Shown piece after piece: positions 37,884 to 49,975 of a stretch of DNA of 64,000 nucleotides (position 1 is its first letter; every line of letters starts with the position of its first letter). This DNA is from Octopus sinensis. Taxonomy: Eukaryota. The notes beneath the pieces were generated by a model. That model was given only the letters and a program-made list of their open reading frames with translations. It was not told the DNA's origin and made no database searches. The DNA lies in assembly GCF_006345805.1 (NCBI RefSeq), contig NC_043002.1, forward strand, positions 57,350,001-57,414,000. The letters are read 5' to 3'. The position numbers and the translations under genes are program-made.

Positions 37884-37978
<95 letters not shown>

Positions 37979-40900
37979 GGGGGTGCAAATGCCTCAGAGA
38001 CCTGCTCAGACGATTCCAACTGTCTGACAGGTACCGACTCGACCACCCAAATGCACCAACGTGGACATGGAGCAACCGCAGTGGGTCGTCGAGATCGTAT
38101 CTAGATAGGATACTGTGTAGGATAGTAGACAGGGATAACTTAGGATGTCCACAATTCCACACAGTCAGCTACACGGATCACAAATTCGTGACGTGTACGC
38201 TAGACTTAGATAAGGCACATAGACAGGGTCCTGGTTACTGGAAACTGAACGCATCATTCCCGTCCAGACAAGTTTTCAGAGACAGAATCAACACGTTAGT
38301 AAAAAGGGCTTTAACGGGAGCCATTGTCAACAACAAATGGTGGTTCGCCCTCAAGAGAGCAGTAAAAGCGGAACCAATTAGATATAGCAAGGCACTAGCC
38401 GTAGATAGAAATAGAGTAGAGGGTGAGTTAGTTAAGAAGTTAGAAGAGGCAATAAGAAGCGGCATTACATCCGACGTTTTAGCGGCGAGGTTGGCCCTTG
38501 ACCAACACTTCAACGCCAAACACGAAGGGTGTGCTGTCAGGGCTAGGATGCGTGCTCTAAGGATGGAAGGTGTTGGAGCCGCGAGGGAGGCCCGGGTGGC
38601 GGAGGCGCAGCAGGGCAACAAAGCCACCATTCAGTCTCTTGTAGATGAACAAGGGCGCGAATTGCTCGAGCCCAGCAAGATGTGCGAGACATTTCAGCGG
38701 CATTTTGCCCGACTGTACGGGACGAGTGGTGAGCGTGAACGCAGGGTGGACTTCAGTGCCTACCTGCACAGCCTACCACGACTCTCGGCAAGAGAGGCAG
38801 AGTGCTGCGAAGGTGCCATCACGGCGGTGGATGTGCAGGACGCGATGGTAGAATGCTCGAGAGACAAATCGCCGGGTTTGGATGGTCTGCCCTACGAGTT
38901 TTACAATTGTATGCCAGACTTGTTTGGAGACGTCTTGGCAGCGGTATACTGCAACTGGCAGCAAAACGGGAGCATACCCGGTTTTGTGAGTCGAGGAGCT
39001 GTACGCGCTGCTGAAGAAAGATCCAAACAAGGGGAACATTATAGATAACTTTAGACCAATCACTCTGTTCAATGCAGACCTGAAAATTTTGACAAAGGTG
39101 CTAGCCAAGAGGTTGGCGCTTGTCATCGAGAAACTGGTCGACAACGCAGAAACGTGCGCCGTGCCGGGCCGGAGCATCCATGACAACCTCCATCTGATGC
39201 GCTACATCATAGACAGAATAGTTAAGGAACCTGGCATGGGTGTGGCCCTGATCAATTTGGATCAATCGAAGCCTTCGATAGAGTAGACCATCGATACTTG
39301 GAGGCAGTCCTGAGAGCGGCTGGTTTCGGTCCCGTCTTTCGTGGCTGGATAGCTGCCTTGTACAGAGGCATCCGTTCGGTAATTCGCGTAAATGGACATC
39401 TATCGAGACCTTTCGACGTTGCACGTTCGGTCCGTCAGGGATACCCCCTCTCGGCGCTTCTATACGTATTGACTCTTGAGCCACTACTGCGGAAGCTGGC
39501 GACTCTGAGGGGCATCCCGCGAGAATTGGGATGCGGGACGGGCGTGTCTGCATACGCGGACGACGTCACCGTCATAGTGTCAAGCCACGAGCACATCGAG
39601 CTGGTCGGCGAGATACTGAAAAACTACGAAGCGGTGACAGGAGCAAAAATCAACCGGGAAAAGTCAGTGGGCTTGCGGCTCGGCACCTGGAGAAGCAAGC
39701 CCATGTCGTCCACCAGTACCTCCTTCGTGGGACGCTCGACAGACGGCCCGGTTGAGTTGCTCGGGGTCTGGTTTGGTCCGTACCTCCAAATGGAGAAGAA
39801 CTGGAACGAGATAACGAGTAGGGTGGTCACTCTCGCCCAGCAATGGGCCGAGAGGAAACTGTCTCTAAAAGGTCGGGCGGAGGTGGCGAACGCGTACATC
39901 GCGTCCATCATCTACTACCGCCTGACCGTCGTACCTTGTCCCGACCCTACCATCACCAAACTAGAACGCATTTTCTTCCGCTTCTTGTGGAAAGGATGCG
40001 TCCCGATGGTCAGGCGATCCATTTGCTGTCAACACCCGTTAAAAGGAGGGCTGGGTATGCCATGGTTGATGATGCGCACACACGCGCTGAGACTGCGACA
40101 TCTCCGGCTCTATGTAGACGACGGTGAACAGGTGTGGTCGCCGTTTGTGAGGCACGCTTTCCCGCAGCTCGTCTCCATGACCGAACTGCAGTCGTGGATT
40201 AAAAAGAGGCCGAGGAAGGGCGAATGGCACCGCGAGTGTCGCGTTGCTCTCAAGCAACTCTGCCGTCCCGGGTCGACCTTGAGTGACTTCAACACAACCA
40301 AAGCATTCTATAGGGGATTAGTTGAGGGGAGGTACGACGACGATCTTGGGGCAAACCTGGGCGTCGACGAGGACTACCTGACCTGCCTGTTTGAAACGAC
40401 TTTCGGGCCGGAACCTATGGACAACTTCCAGAGATCCCTGGCCTGGCGGTGCTACCGAGAAGCACTACCCGTTCGGGATAAGCTCTATAGGCATGGCTCG
40501 AGAAACACGGGGCCGACCTGCCCGAGATGCGGGCAGAGCGACGAAACTGCTCTGCACGCAATCGTGCAGTGTCCAACAATCTCCGGCCTGTGGGCTTATG
40601 TCGAACGACTGCTGTCACGTGTGGGACGTGTCGGTTTATCAGCCGAGTCTATCGTTAATATCGTCACGCCTCCTTCCTTCAAACGGGAAGGAAGAGCTAT
40701 TTTTATCATACTTGTGGCTATGGCGAAAGAATGTATCTGGTGGACGCGCCTGAAAGGATTAGAGACAAACACTTTCCTCTCTGGTCAATCTCTCATCAAC
40801 TTCTTCAAGTATCACTTGAAGAGGAAAGTGAGAGTAGAGAGGCAAGTTTTGTCTAGTGAATGTTTTAAAAAAAGATGGGTGAATGTAGCAAGGATGGCAC

Positions 40901-41326
40901 GTATGAATGACGAAACCACCTTGACTATGATTCTATGAACCGTAAAAATTAATACAGAGAGTTGCTTATTTGCAAAAAAAAAAGAAATATAACATGTGAC
41001 TTCATTGACCGAGGTTACCGTGGTCTTTTCCGTAGGCTTTTCTTTCCACGGGTAACCCTCACCTGTCCCCCCCCCCTTTACACTTCATATTGACATTTCT
41101 GTGATAACGATCCCTATTGATCAATTTCTTTTCCTTTCCCTTTTTTTCCTCACCTCCCCTTTTTTAAAAATTTTATTTTATCCCCCCTTTTTTTTGTCCT
41201 CTTTCTTTCCATTTACGATCCCTTTTGATCGAAAACCAAACCCCCTTCTTTTACCCCCAAAAGAAAAGCTCTACCTTGTAATTTTGTCCTGTCTGTGTGC
41301 AGCCCTGTGTGGCTAATAAAGAAACA
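37979..41326 (+). mobile_element. 5'-truncated L1/Tx1-like LINE (3.35 kb) inside (TATC)n
   Basis: APE end (SYLDRIL..YTDHK..GPGYWKLN), RT (PGLDGLP, SKAFDRVDH, RQGYPLS..LY, YADD), CCHC knuckle CPRC-X8-H-X4-C, pyrimidine-rich 3' UTR ending ctaataaagaaaca. TATC arrays at 37883-37978 and 41327-41419. Confidence 0.97.
37981..40938 (+). pseudogene. LINE ORF2 (partial APE, RT, zinc knuckle) with two frameshifts
   Basis: Pieced from ORFs 38188-39048, 39089-39286 and 39298-40938, with frameshifts near 39003 and 39270. The frame is open upstream to the TATC array. Confidence 0.93.
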
Positions 41327-41410
<84 letters not shown>

Positions 41411-41419
41411 CATCTATCT

Positions 41420-41844
41420 GGATGGCACGTATGAATGACGAAACCACCTTGACTATGATCCTATGAACTGTAAAAATTAATACAGAGAGTTGTATATTTG
41501 TAAAAAAATATAACATGTGACTTCATTGACCGAGGTTACCGTGGTCTTTTCCGTAAGCATTTCTTGCCACGGGTAAACCTCACTCTTCATCCCCTTTACA
41601 CTTTATATTGACATTTCTGTGATAACGATCCCCATTGATCGATCTTTCTTCTTCCTTTTATTTTTAATTCTTAATTTTTTAATTTTTAATTTTTTTAATT
41701 TATTTTTTGCTTTCCTCTTTCTTTCCATTTACGATCCCTTTTGATCGAAAACCAACCCACCTTTTTTTTTATCTCCAAAAAGAAAAGCTCTACCTTGTAA
41801 TTTGTCCCGTCTGTGTGCAGCCCTGTGTGGCTAATAAAGAAACA
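41420..41844 (+). mobile_element. Short 5'-truncated copy of the same Tx1-like LINE (last ORF2 codons plus 3' UTR)
   Basis: ggatggcacgtatgaatgacgaaaccaccttgactatg..gcagccctgtgtggctaataaagaaaca is homologous to 40891-41326 but not identical. TATC on both sides. Confidence 0.93.
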
Positions 41845-41859
41845 TATCTATCTATCTAC

Positions 41860-42075
41860 CTAGTGTGCGTGTGTACCAGTGTATGTGCTTGTATCTTTGT
41901 GTTTCTGTTTGTCCCCCCACCACTGCTTGACAACTGGTGCTGGTTTATTTATGTCCCGATATTTAGCAAAAGAGACAGATTAAAAAGAACGTACCGAGGT
42001 CCATTTGTTCGACTAAAACCTTCAAAGCGGTGCTCCATCTTCACCGAAGTCACATGACTCAAGTAAGCAAAACAC
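41860..42075 (+). mobile_element. SINE family A tail
   Basis: gtttgtccccccaccactgcttgacaactggtgctggt..ttcgactaaaaccttcaaagcggtgctcc. Confidence 0.8.
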
Positions 42076-42318
42076 AAAAGTTTAAAAAATGTAACGATCT
42101 TGATTTCAGGGAAAAAGTTATCGCAGTTGTTGAAGAATCATCAGAGAGTCTCTCAGAAATACAAAATGCCATTAGATAGATTTATCCATTAATAACCATT
42201 GTGTCAGTCATTGACATTTCACAGACAATCGGGTATGGTAAGTTTTATTTTAATTTTCCTTTCAGAAAGTTAAGAATACTGTCTAATCTATATTTACAAT
42301 GGAACTGCCTAGAGATTA

Positions 42319-42391
<73 letters not shown>

Positions 42392-42431
42392 ACACACACA
42401 CACACAAAACACACACACACATATATATATA

Positions 42432-42464
<33 letters not shown>

Positions 42465-42857
42465 ATATATGTAAACACACACACACACATACACACACAC
42501 AATCACACACACACACACATATATATATGTCTATATATAGATGTATATATTTATATAAATAAAGATAAGATCGTTATTTAAAATAACGATCATATCAAGT
42601 GGCTAACACGGGAATACAAATTAAGGGTATCTAAAAGATACCATCGTGCTAGAGATAGCAGTCAAAACCTGACTCTAAAACCACATCAAATATTCATGCA
42701 GTACCAGGAGAGAAGACAAAGCGACAAAATAAACTAGTAAAAAAATTATTGGATAATTCCAGAACCCGGATTTCTGGCTTTGTATTTATGTACCATTTTG
42801 TGTATATTCCACTGATGAGGCAAAGCATATATATATATATATGTGTGTGTGTGTGTA

Positions 42858-42897
<40 letters not shown>

Positions 42898-43015
42898 CAC
42901 AACATATGAATACTTACATATACGCACGTATACACACATATATATGCACGCATGCACACGACCAGTGTAAATTGCGTGTGGGATGTGGTGTACAGGGATT
43001 TAATATTGAGAAAAA

Positions 43016-43148
43016 AACATTATTTACATTATTTACATTTGACGGATATTCGTTAACACCATGTTTCGGCTGGTATACCCTCCAACCTTCATCGGGTGTC
43101 ATGGGGAAATTTCGAACCGGGGTTCTCATTCCTAAGGTTTTTTCGATG
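43016..43148 (-). mobile_element. Hammerhead-like short element (copy 2, internally deleted)
   Basis: Minus strand gacac-ccgatgaa-ggttg..cagcc-gaaacatg-gtgtt; its 5' end abuts (AAT)n(AAC)n. Confidence 0.7.
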
Positions 43149-43160
43149 TTGTTGTTGTTG

Positions 43161-43216
<56 letters not shown>

Positions 43217-43388
43217 GTTATTATTATCATTATTATTATTATTATTATTATTCAAAAAGTGGTGAGAATTCAGACGACTTTTTTCTCAATATATATATAT
43301 ATTCGTTTTTATGTTTTTATGTATGTATGTATGTATGTATGTATGTATGTATGTATGTATATGTGTTCGTGTAAATATGTGTGTTACT

Positions 43389-43727
43389 TTTTCCTCTTTT
43401 ATCTGTTAGTTGTTTCGGTCGTTAGACTGCGGCCATGCTGGGGCACCGCCTTGAAGAATTTTCAATCGAATGACTCGACCCCACTACTTACTCATTCTAT
43501 CGGTTCAATTTTTGCCGAACTGCTATTGTTATGGGGGCGTAATCTAACAAACATCGGTTGTCAAGCAGCGATGAGGGACAAACGCACGCACCTGCACATT
43601 CACACACATATTTACGACTGCCTTTAAGTTTCATCCACGAGGCTTTGGCCGGTCCAAGGCTATACTAGAAGACACTTGCACAAAGTGTCACGTAGCGGTA
43701 CTGAACCCGGAACCCTGTGGTTGGGAA
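43389..43727 (-). mobile_element. SINE family A
   Basis: ctgcggccatgctggggcaccgcc..ttttgccgaactgct..agaagacacttgc..ctgaacccggaacc. Confidence 0.85.
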
Positions 43728-43762
<35 letters not shown>

Positions 43763-43815
43763 TATATATATATATACACATATGTGTGTGTGTGCGTGTG
43801 TGTGTACGTATGTAC

Positions 43816-43846
<31 letters not shown>

Positions 43847-44844
43847 TGTATGTATGTATGTATGTATGTATTATGTGTGTATGTATGTATTTATGTATGT
43901 ATGTATGAATGTATGTAAGTGTGTGCATGTGTGTGTGTGTATGTATATTTAAGATAGCCGTAGCTATCGGTTAAAAGAGATATCTTATATAAATATTGAT
44001 CGGTTCTAAGATAAGCAAGGGATGAAAAGAAAACAATAAACGAAGATCTTTTTCAGATAACAAAAGGTGGAAGGATAAACAATAGATCAATACCCGATCA
44101 AATCGGCCATCTCCGTCACGGATCCGGCCCATTCCCACAAAATATCGAAGTTTTTGAAATTGAAACAATTAACGAAAATTAAGTGCTGAGATGCTTGACA
44201 AATAAAAGTGAAGATGGTTGCTTGGAGATGTTCATCGAATAAGAGGAAAAAGTAAAATTTAAATAAGAGAGGGAGAGCGAGAGAGAAAGAGAAGGAGAGG
44301 GAGAGGGAAAGAGAGGAAAGAGAAGAAGAGAGAAAAGTGGACTAAAGATATAGAGAGGAAATAAGAGATAGAGACAGACAGACATTTAAAGAGTGTGTGA
44401 GAGAGGGGAAGATAATGATAGAGAGAGAGAGAGAGTGCGCACCCGCGTTGTGAGAGAGAAAAATGTAGAGAAAGACGAATAAGACAAAGACATAAATATG
44501 ACTAAAATATGAATATACTAGAAATGATCGGAAACGAATGAATTTCGTTTAGATATGTGATTGAAAGAAAACATTATTGACAAAGTGCAACAAGGGCGAA
44601 ATGCATCTGACATTTTCGTTAACCGCTGCGGAGACGATTTTTTGTTTCATTCCGATATATTTTGTGTTTTCATCGCAGTACACCTCTGAGAGATTTTATC
44701 TCAGACAGGTGGGTAGAGTCCAAAACCACTGACACGAAAGCAGTTTCACAATATAGATTATAATTATATAATATAACAATTGTCATTCTATATTTCTGTT
44801 GCAAAGCTCCACCTTTGTTTTAATTAATTTTGGAAATCTTTTAT

Positions 44845-45225
44845 CTTATATTTGTTTCAGTCATTAGGCTGCGGCCAAAACTAGAGCACCTCCTTGGAGA
44901 ATTTTAGTGGAACGAATCGACCCCGTTTCTTATTCATTTAAAGCCTGGTACTTTTTCTGTCGATCACTTTGGTCGAAGCGCTAAGTTACGGGGATGTAAA
45001 CACAACAGCACTAGTTGTCAGGCGGTGGCGGGAGACAAATACACACACACGCGCGCGCGCGCGTGCGCGTGTGCGCGTGCGCGTGTGCGCGTGCGCGCAA
45101 ACATGCTACGGGCTTCTTTCAGTTTCTGTCTACCACTCACTAGGGAGGCCTTGGTCAGCCCAAGGCTGCAGTTGAAGACACTCGCCTAAGGTGCCACGCA
45201 ATGGGACTGAACCCAGAACCATGTA
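44845..45225 (-). mobile_element. SINE family A with an internal (CA)/(CG)/(TG) tract
   Basis: ttgtttcagtcatt..ctgcggcca..gctaagttacgggga..gtgccacgcaatgggactgaacc. Confidence 0.85.
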
Positions 45226-45779
45226 ATGAAGAATTTATTGAAATATATGCCATTATTAAGGTTGTGTTTGGAATCTACGTTATGTATGATACATAGATGG
45301 CTATTCTAATTTAATACTGCTTCAATTACATACACAGAATTTTTATTAGGAGTGTGTCTATGACTAAATTAGAATAGCAGAGTTTTTATCTCCAGTCGAA
45401 AATAGAGAATTGATTGTACCGAGGCATATAAGTGACCGGTATCATAACAATTCTTCTGTACAGGGACATGTAGAGTTCAAAACTAACAATTTTAATGGGT
45501 GGTGGGGGACAAGTCGACTACTTAATTGGTACTATTTCATGGACTCCAAAAGTTAGACGTTCTGATTTTTCAAAGTTTTGGTAATTTTTGAATCTTTCAA
45601 GAATTGTGTGACGTATAAGAAAGGATTTCCTTATTTTTTTTTATGATTTGATCCACTGAGTTTTCTGCTGTTCGAATGTACTTGCATCATTTTCAAGTAA
45701 AAAACACTTCTATCAATACTGCCAAGTCACCGAATACTAGGTGTTTTGATTCTTTTGTGCTAGATACTAGTAGATATAT

Positions 45780-46000
45780 TTCATTACTACCCACAAGGGG
45801 CTAAACGCAGAGGGGACAAATGAGGACAGACAAACGGATTAAGTCGATTACATCGACCCCAGTGCGTGACTGGTACTTAATTTATCGACCCCGAAAGGAT
45901 GAAAGGCAAAGTCGACCACAGCGGAATTTGAACCCAGAACGTAACGACAACCCAAATACGGCTACGCATTTCGCCCGGTGTGCTAACGTTTCTGCCAGCT
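45780..46000 (-). mobile_element. SINE family B
   Basis: cccacaaggggctaaac..tggtacttaatttatcgaccccgaaaggatgaaaggcaaagtcgacc. Confidence 0.9.
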
Positions 46001-46129
46001 ATTAGGGGTGTGAATTATCCGAGACACCAATCCTTTACCCCCGAAAAAACTTTTTCATAATAAATTCATAATAAATCGTAATCAAAACCATCTGAAACAT
46101 AATACAGTGCTATATTTGAGAGATGAGGA

Positions 46130-46270
46130 ATTATTTACATTATTTACATTTGACGGATATTTGTCCTCATCTTGTTTGTTGTTAACGCAACGCTTCGGCT
46201 GATATATTCTCCAGCCTTTATCAGGTGTCTTGGGAAAATTTCGAACATGGTTTCTCATTCCTAAGGTATT
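46130..46270 (-). mobile_element. Hammerhead-like short element (copy 3)
   Basis: Minus strand gacac-ctgataaa-ggctg..cagcc-gaagcgtt-gcgtt; its 5' end abuts (AAT)n. Confidence 0.72.
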
Positions 46271-46302
46271 TTTCAATGTTATTATTATTATTATTATTAT
46301 TA

Positions 46303-46339
<37 letters not shown>

Positions 46340-46342
<3 letters not shown>

Positions 46343-46438
46343 GAAAGCTGGAGGGTATATCAGCCGAAACGTTGTGTTAACAGCAAACAGGATGAGGACA
46401 AATATCCGTCAAATGTAAATAATGTAAATAATGTACAT
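46340..46438 (+). mobile_element. Hammerhead-like short element (copy 4, 5'-truncated), inverted relative to copy 3
   Basis: atgaa-agctg..cagcc-gaaacgtt-gtgttaac..ggacaaatatccgtcaaatgtaaataatgtaaataat. Confidence 0.72.
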
Positions 46439-47097
46439 CTGAAATATGTCTGTAGAAATTTTCATTTAAAAATATCAATTTCTCAAAGAATTGTGAGGAG
46501 ACAAAGTAAGGGCAGATGTATGTTCCATAGTTAAGTCCAATTGACATAAATTAACACCACTTTGGCCTATAAACACCTTCTACGCTGCAATTGTTTTCTT
46601 ATTCAGTTTTCTGTTTATTTAAAAGCAACGAAGAGATACTAGAATCAGCATAATTCGGCCGCCATTGGATTAAACTTATCATTTGGAGGAATGGTTTTTA
46701 CTGATATGTCTGTAGAAAGTAGTGTTGAATATCGAAAAGTATAAACAGAGATGTTAAAACTGCAGTGTAAGATGAATATACCGTTGTGAATAAAAATTAG
46801 TTTTCTGAGCTGAAATTTGAAGCTAAAAATATATCAAAATGGGTACTTTAACGAATTTTAATTATTGCTTTTTGTTGTACCCAGGGAGAGTCAATTTGTT
46901 TGAGCACAGGAATTCACATAAAGAATCATGCAAACCAGACACAAAAAACGAAATAATTGCTTTCTTTTAGTAAAAGTTATATTCTCACCATTAATTAATT
47001 AGTAGCTTTCTTCATTATAGTATAGATGACATGTTGATTCTTCCTTATGATCCTTCAATATATTTTTCATTTACGATTTCGTTAAATTATAAATATG

Positions 47098-47350
47098 TGG
47101 AGGCGCGTGGCTTAGTGGTTAGGGTGTTGAACTCATGATAGTAAGGTTGTGGTTTCAATTCCTGAACCTGGCGATGCGTTGTATTCTTGAGCAAAACACT
47201 TCATTTCACGTTGCTCCAGTCCAATCAGCTGGCAAACATGAGTAATCTTGCGACGGACCGGCGTCCCGTCCAGCTGGGGAATTTCTACGCCACTGAAACC
47301 GGGAAACCGGTCCTTATGAGCTTGGCATGGCTCGAGAAGGAACATTTATT
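47098..47350 (+). mobile_element. tRNA-derived SINE (family C)
   Basis: ggcgcgtggcttagtggttagg..gtttcaattcc head; tail gaaaccgggaaaccgg..ggctcgagaaggaac. Confidence 0.88.
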
Positions 47351-47351
47351 T

Positions 47352-47655
47352 GAGGCACACGACCTAGTGGTTAGAGCAGCGGACTCGCTGTCGAGGGATC
47401 ACGGGTTTGAATCTCAGACCGGGTGATGTGCGTGTTTATGAGCGAAACACTTAAGCTCCACGTGGCTCCGGCAGAAGGTAAATGCGAACTTCTGCTGACA
47501 CTTTCGCCACAACTCTCTCTCACTCTTTCCTCCTGCATCTTGCAGCTCGCCTGCGACGGACCATCCAGGTGGGGAACCTATACGCCAAGGAAACCGGGAA
47601 ACCGGGAAACCGGCCCTTATGAAGCCAGACGTGGCTCGAGAAGGAACAAACAAAT
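47352..47655 (+). mobile_element. tRNA-derived SINE (family C subtype) directly behind the previous one
   Basis: Head/body aagctccacgtggctccggcag as in 8265; same tail gaaaccgggaaaccgg..ggctcgagaaggaac as in 47098. Confidence 0.85.
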
Positions 47656-48144
47656 TATAAACAAAAAAAATCAACCAAATTTCTTATTTTATTTATTTCA
47701 GAAAATGGAAAAGATCTTGCAGTGTGGCGTAACGGGTGTTGCAGCAGGCGTATGAAGAATTTTTATCGAATGAAAATATAAAAGGACTGTCGGTTCAATT
47801 TGACTTTTGTTTGTGTTTGGAAATAAATATTGATAAAAATGTGTGGGTTTAGCATGGCTATTCGACATTTATAGATCGCTTGTGAAGGCCGTAATGAGAT
47901 CTACGATAAAAGTAAATGAAAATATGATTAAATAAATATCATTAGTAATAATTAACAACACAATTAATGTTAAGAATACATAGACACATACACACGCCCA
48001 CGCATAGGTGGGTGTTTCAGGTGGTGGGGGTCAGTGCTGTTCTGGCGTTGCTGGGGAAAGGGCCGAAAGACCTGCAGAGCAGCTTCACCGCCTGATGTGT
48101 CCTGCATTCGGAGACGGAGTATAGTTGCACCTTAACCCAAATGT

Positions 48145-48219
<75 letters not shown>

Positions 48220-48230
48220 CTCTCTCTCTT

Positions 48231-48294
<64 letters not shown>

Positions 48295-48407
48295 CCTACC
48301 TACCTACCTACCTACCTACCTACCTATCTATCTATCTATCTATCTAAACCCACCCACCCACCCACCCATCCATCCATCCATCCATCCATCCATCCATCCA
48401 TCCATCC

Positions 48408-48467
<60 letters not shown>
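48145..48467. repeat. Compound TATC/TC/TACC/CACC/CATC/TATC array
   Basis: Direct reading. Confidence 0.95.
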
Positions 48468-48468
<1 letters not shown>

Positions 48469-48605
48469 AACGACCAGGCTAAATTGTTTCATGAAGGTAG
48501 CATAACACACAGATCATCAAATTAAGTTAAATATCTCATACTGCTCACATACACAAGTATAAAAACATAATTTAATATGTATGAACCTACACATGTACCA
48601 CTATT

Positions 48606-48689
<84 letters not shown>

Positions 48690-49804
48690 TGTATACACTT
48701 GTTTAATAGTACATTATTTTGTAAATGCTAGTTTGGTTTGGCCCTGTGATTTCACCAGGTATCGATCTCAATAATGAACAAACAAATAAATAGATATGAA
48801 TAAATAAAATAAAATAAAAAATAAAAGGAAAACGTGATCAAGTTGCCTGTTTGGCTGTAGAAACAAAACTAGTCAATCGACTAATCAATCACGTGGCCTA
48901 TTTTCCTAGCATGTTTGATTTCTGCTGTGTGCGCACGCACATATACACACAGTACACACACACATATATGCATGTATATGGTTATGCATGACTATACGAA
49001 TGAATGTTTATGTATACATATATATGTGTGTGTACACAATGCACATGTGTATATATATATGTGTGTGTGTGTACCTATATGAATGTATGTGTATACATAC
49101 ATATGTGTGTGTATACATAATACACATGTATATATATGTATGTGTGTGTACATAGTTATGCATGAATATACATATGCATGTGTATCTGTGTGTATCTATG
49201 TGTATATGTGTGTGTATATTTATGTGTATATGTGTTTGTGTGTGTCTTGATCTGCAGCTTTTTTTTTACTTTTATGCTTGTTTCTTTTTCCATTTCCTTT
49301 CGCTATTGGTCCACACAATTTAACGATTGGTTCTCTGGTCCACCCGTACACCCAGAATTGGCTAATTGACAAATTCTGTTAATAAAAAACTGTTATTGAC
49401 CACCATCGCCGCCATTGCAAGCAAGGACACCGTCCATACCAATGGCTACCAGCAAAGTAATTTCAAGCGTTCCATCACTCCCCCCCCCCCTCCGCCACCA
49501 CTCCAAACCTCACTGGAATTACAACAAACGTTACGATTAGTCAGAATATTTCCTTGAGTTCTTATTATGACCCTCTCTCCTCTCTTCCATCCCTACTGTT
49601 TGTTATAAGCTGCGCCATTGCTCTAGCTGCCATTCTCACAATCTCCACCGCTACATCTCTACTAGCGACGTCATCACCATTTCTATGACCACACCGTTTT
49701 CTCTCTAGCCCTTGAATTCATAACGCCGGTTACACGGTTTCCGAGGCATATAAGTGGCCGATTATCACAATAGTTACTCTCAACATGACCTCAGTCCGAT
49801 GCAA

Positions 49805-49975
49805 AGTTCAAGGCCAACAGTTTTGAGAAGAGGGGACAAGTCGACTACATTGGCTCCAGTTCTCAATTAGTACTTGTTTTATGGACTCCGAAAGGATGAA
49901 AGGTAAAGTTGTCCTCGGCGGGATTTGAACTCAGAACGTAAAGACGGACGAAAATGCCGCTAAACATTTCGCTCG
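49805..49975 (-). mobile_element. SINE family B
   Basis: ggactccgaaaggatgaaagg..atttgaactcagaacgtaaagacggacgaaa. Confidence 0.8.
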
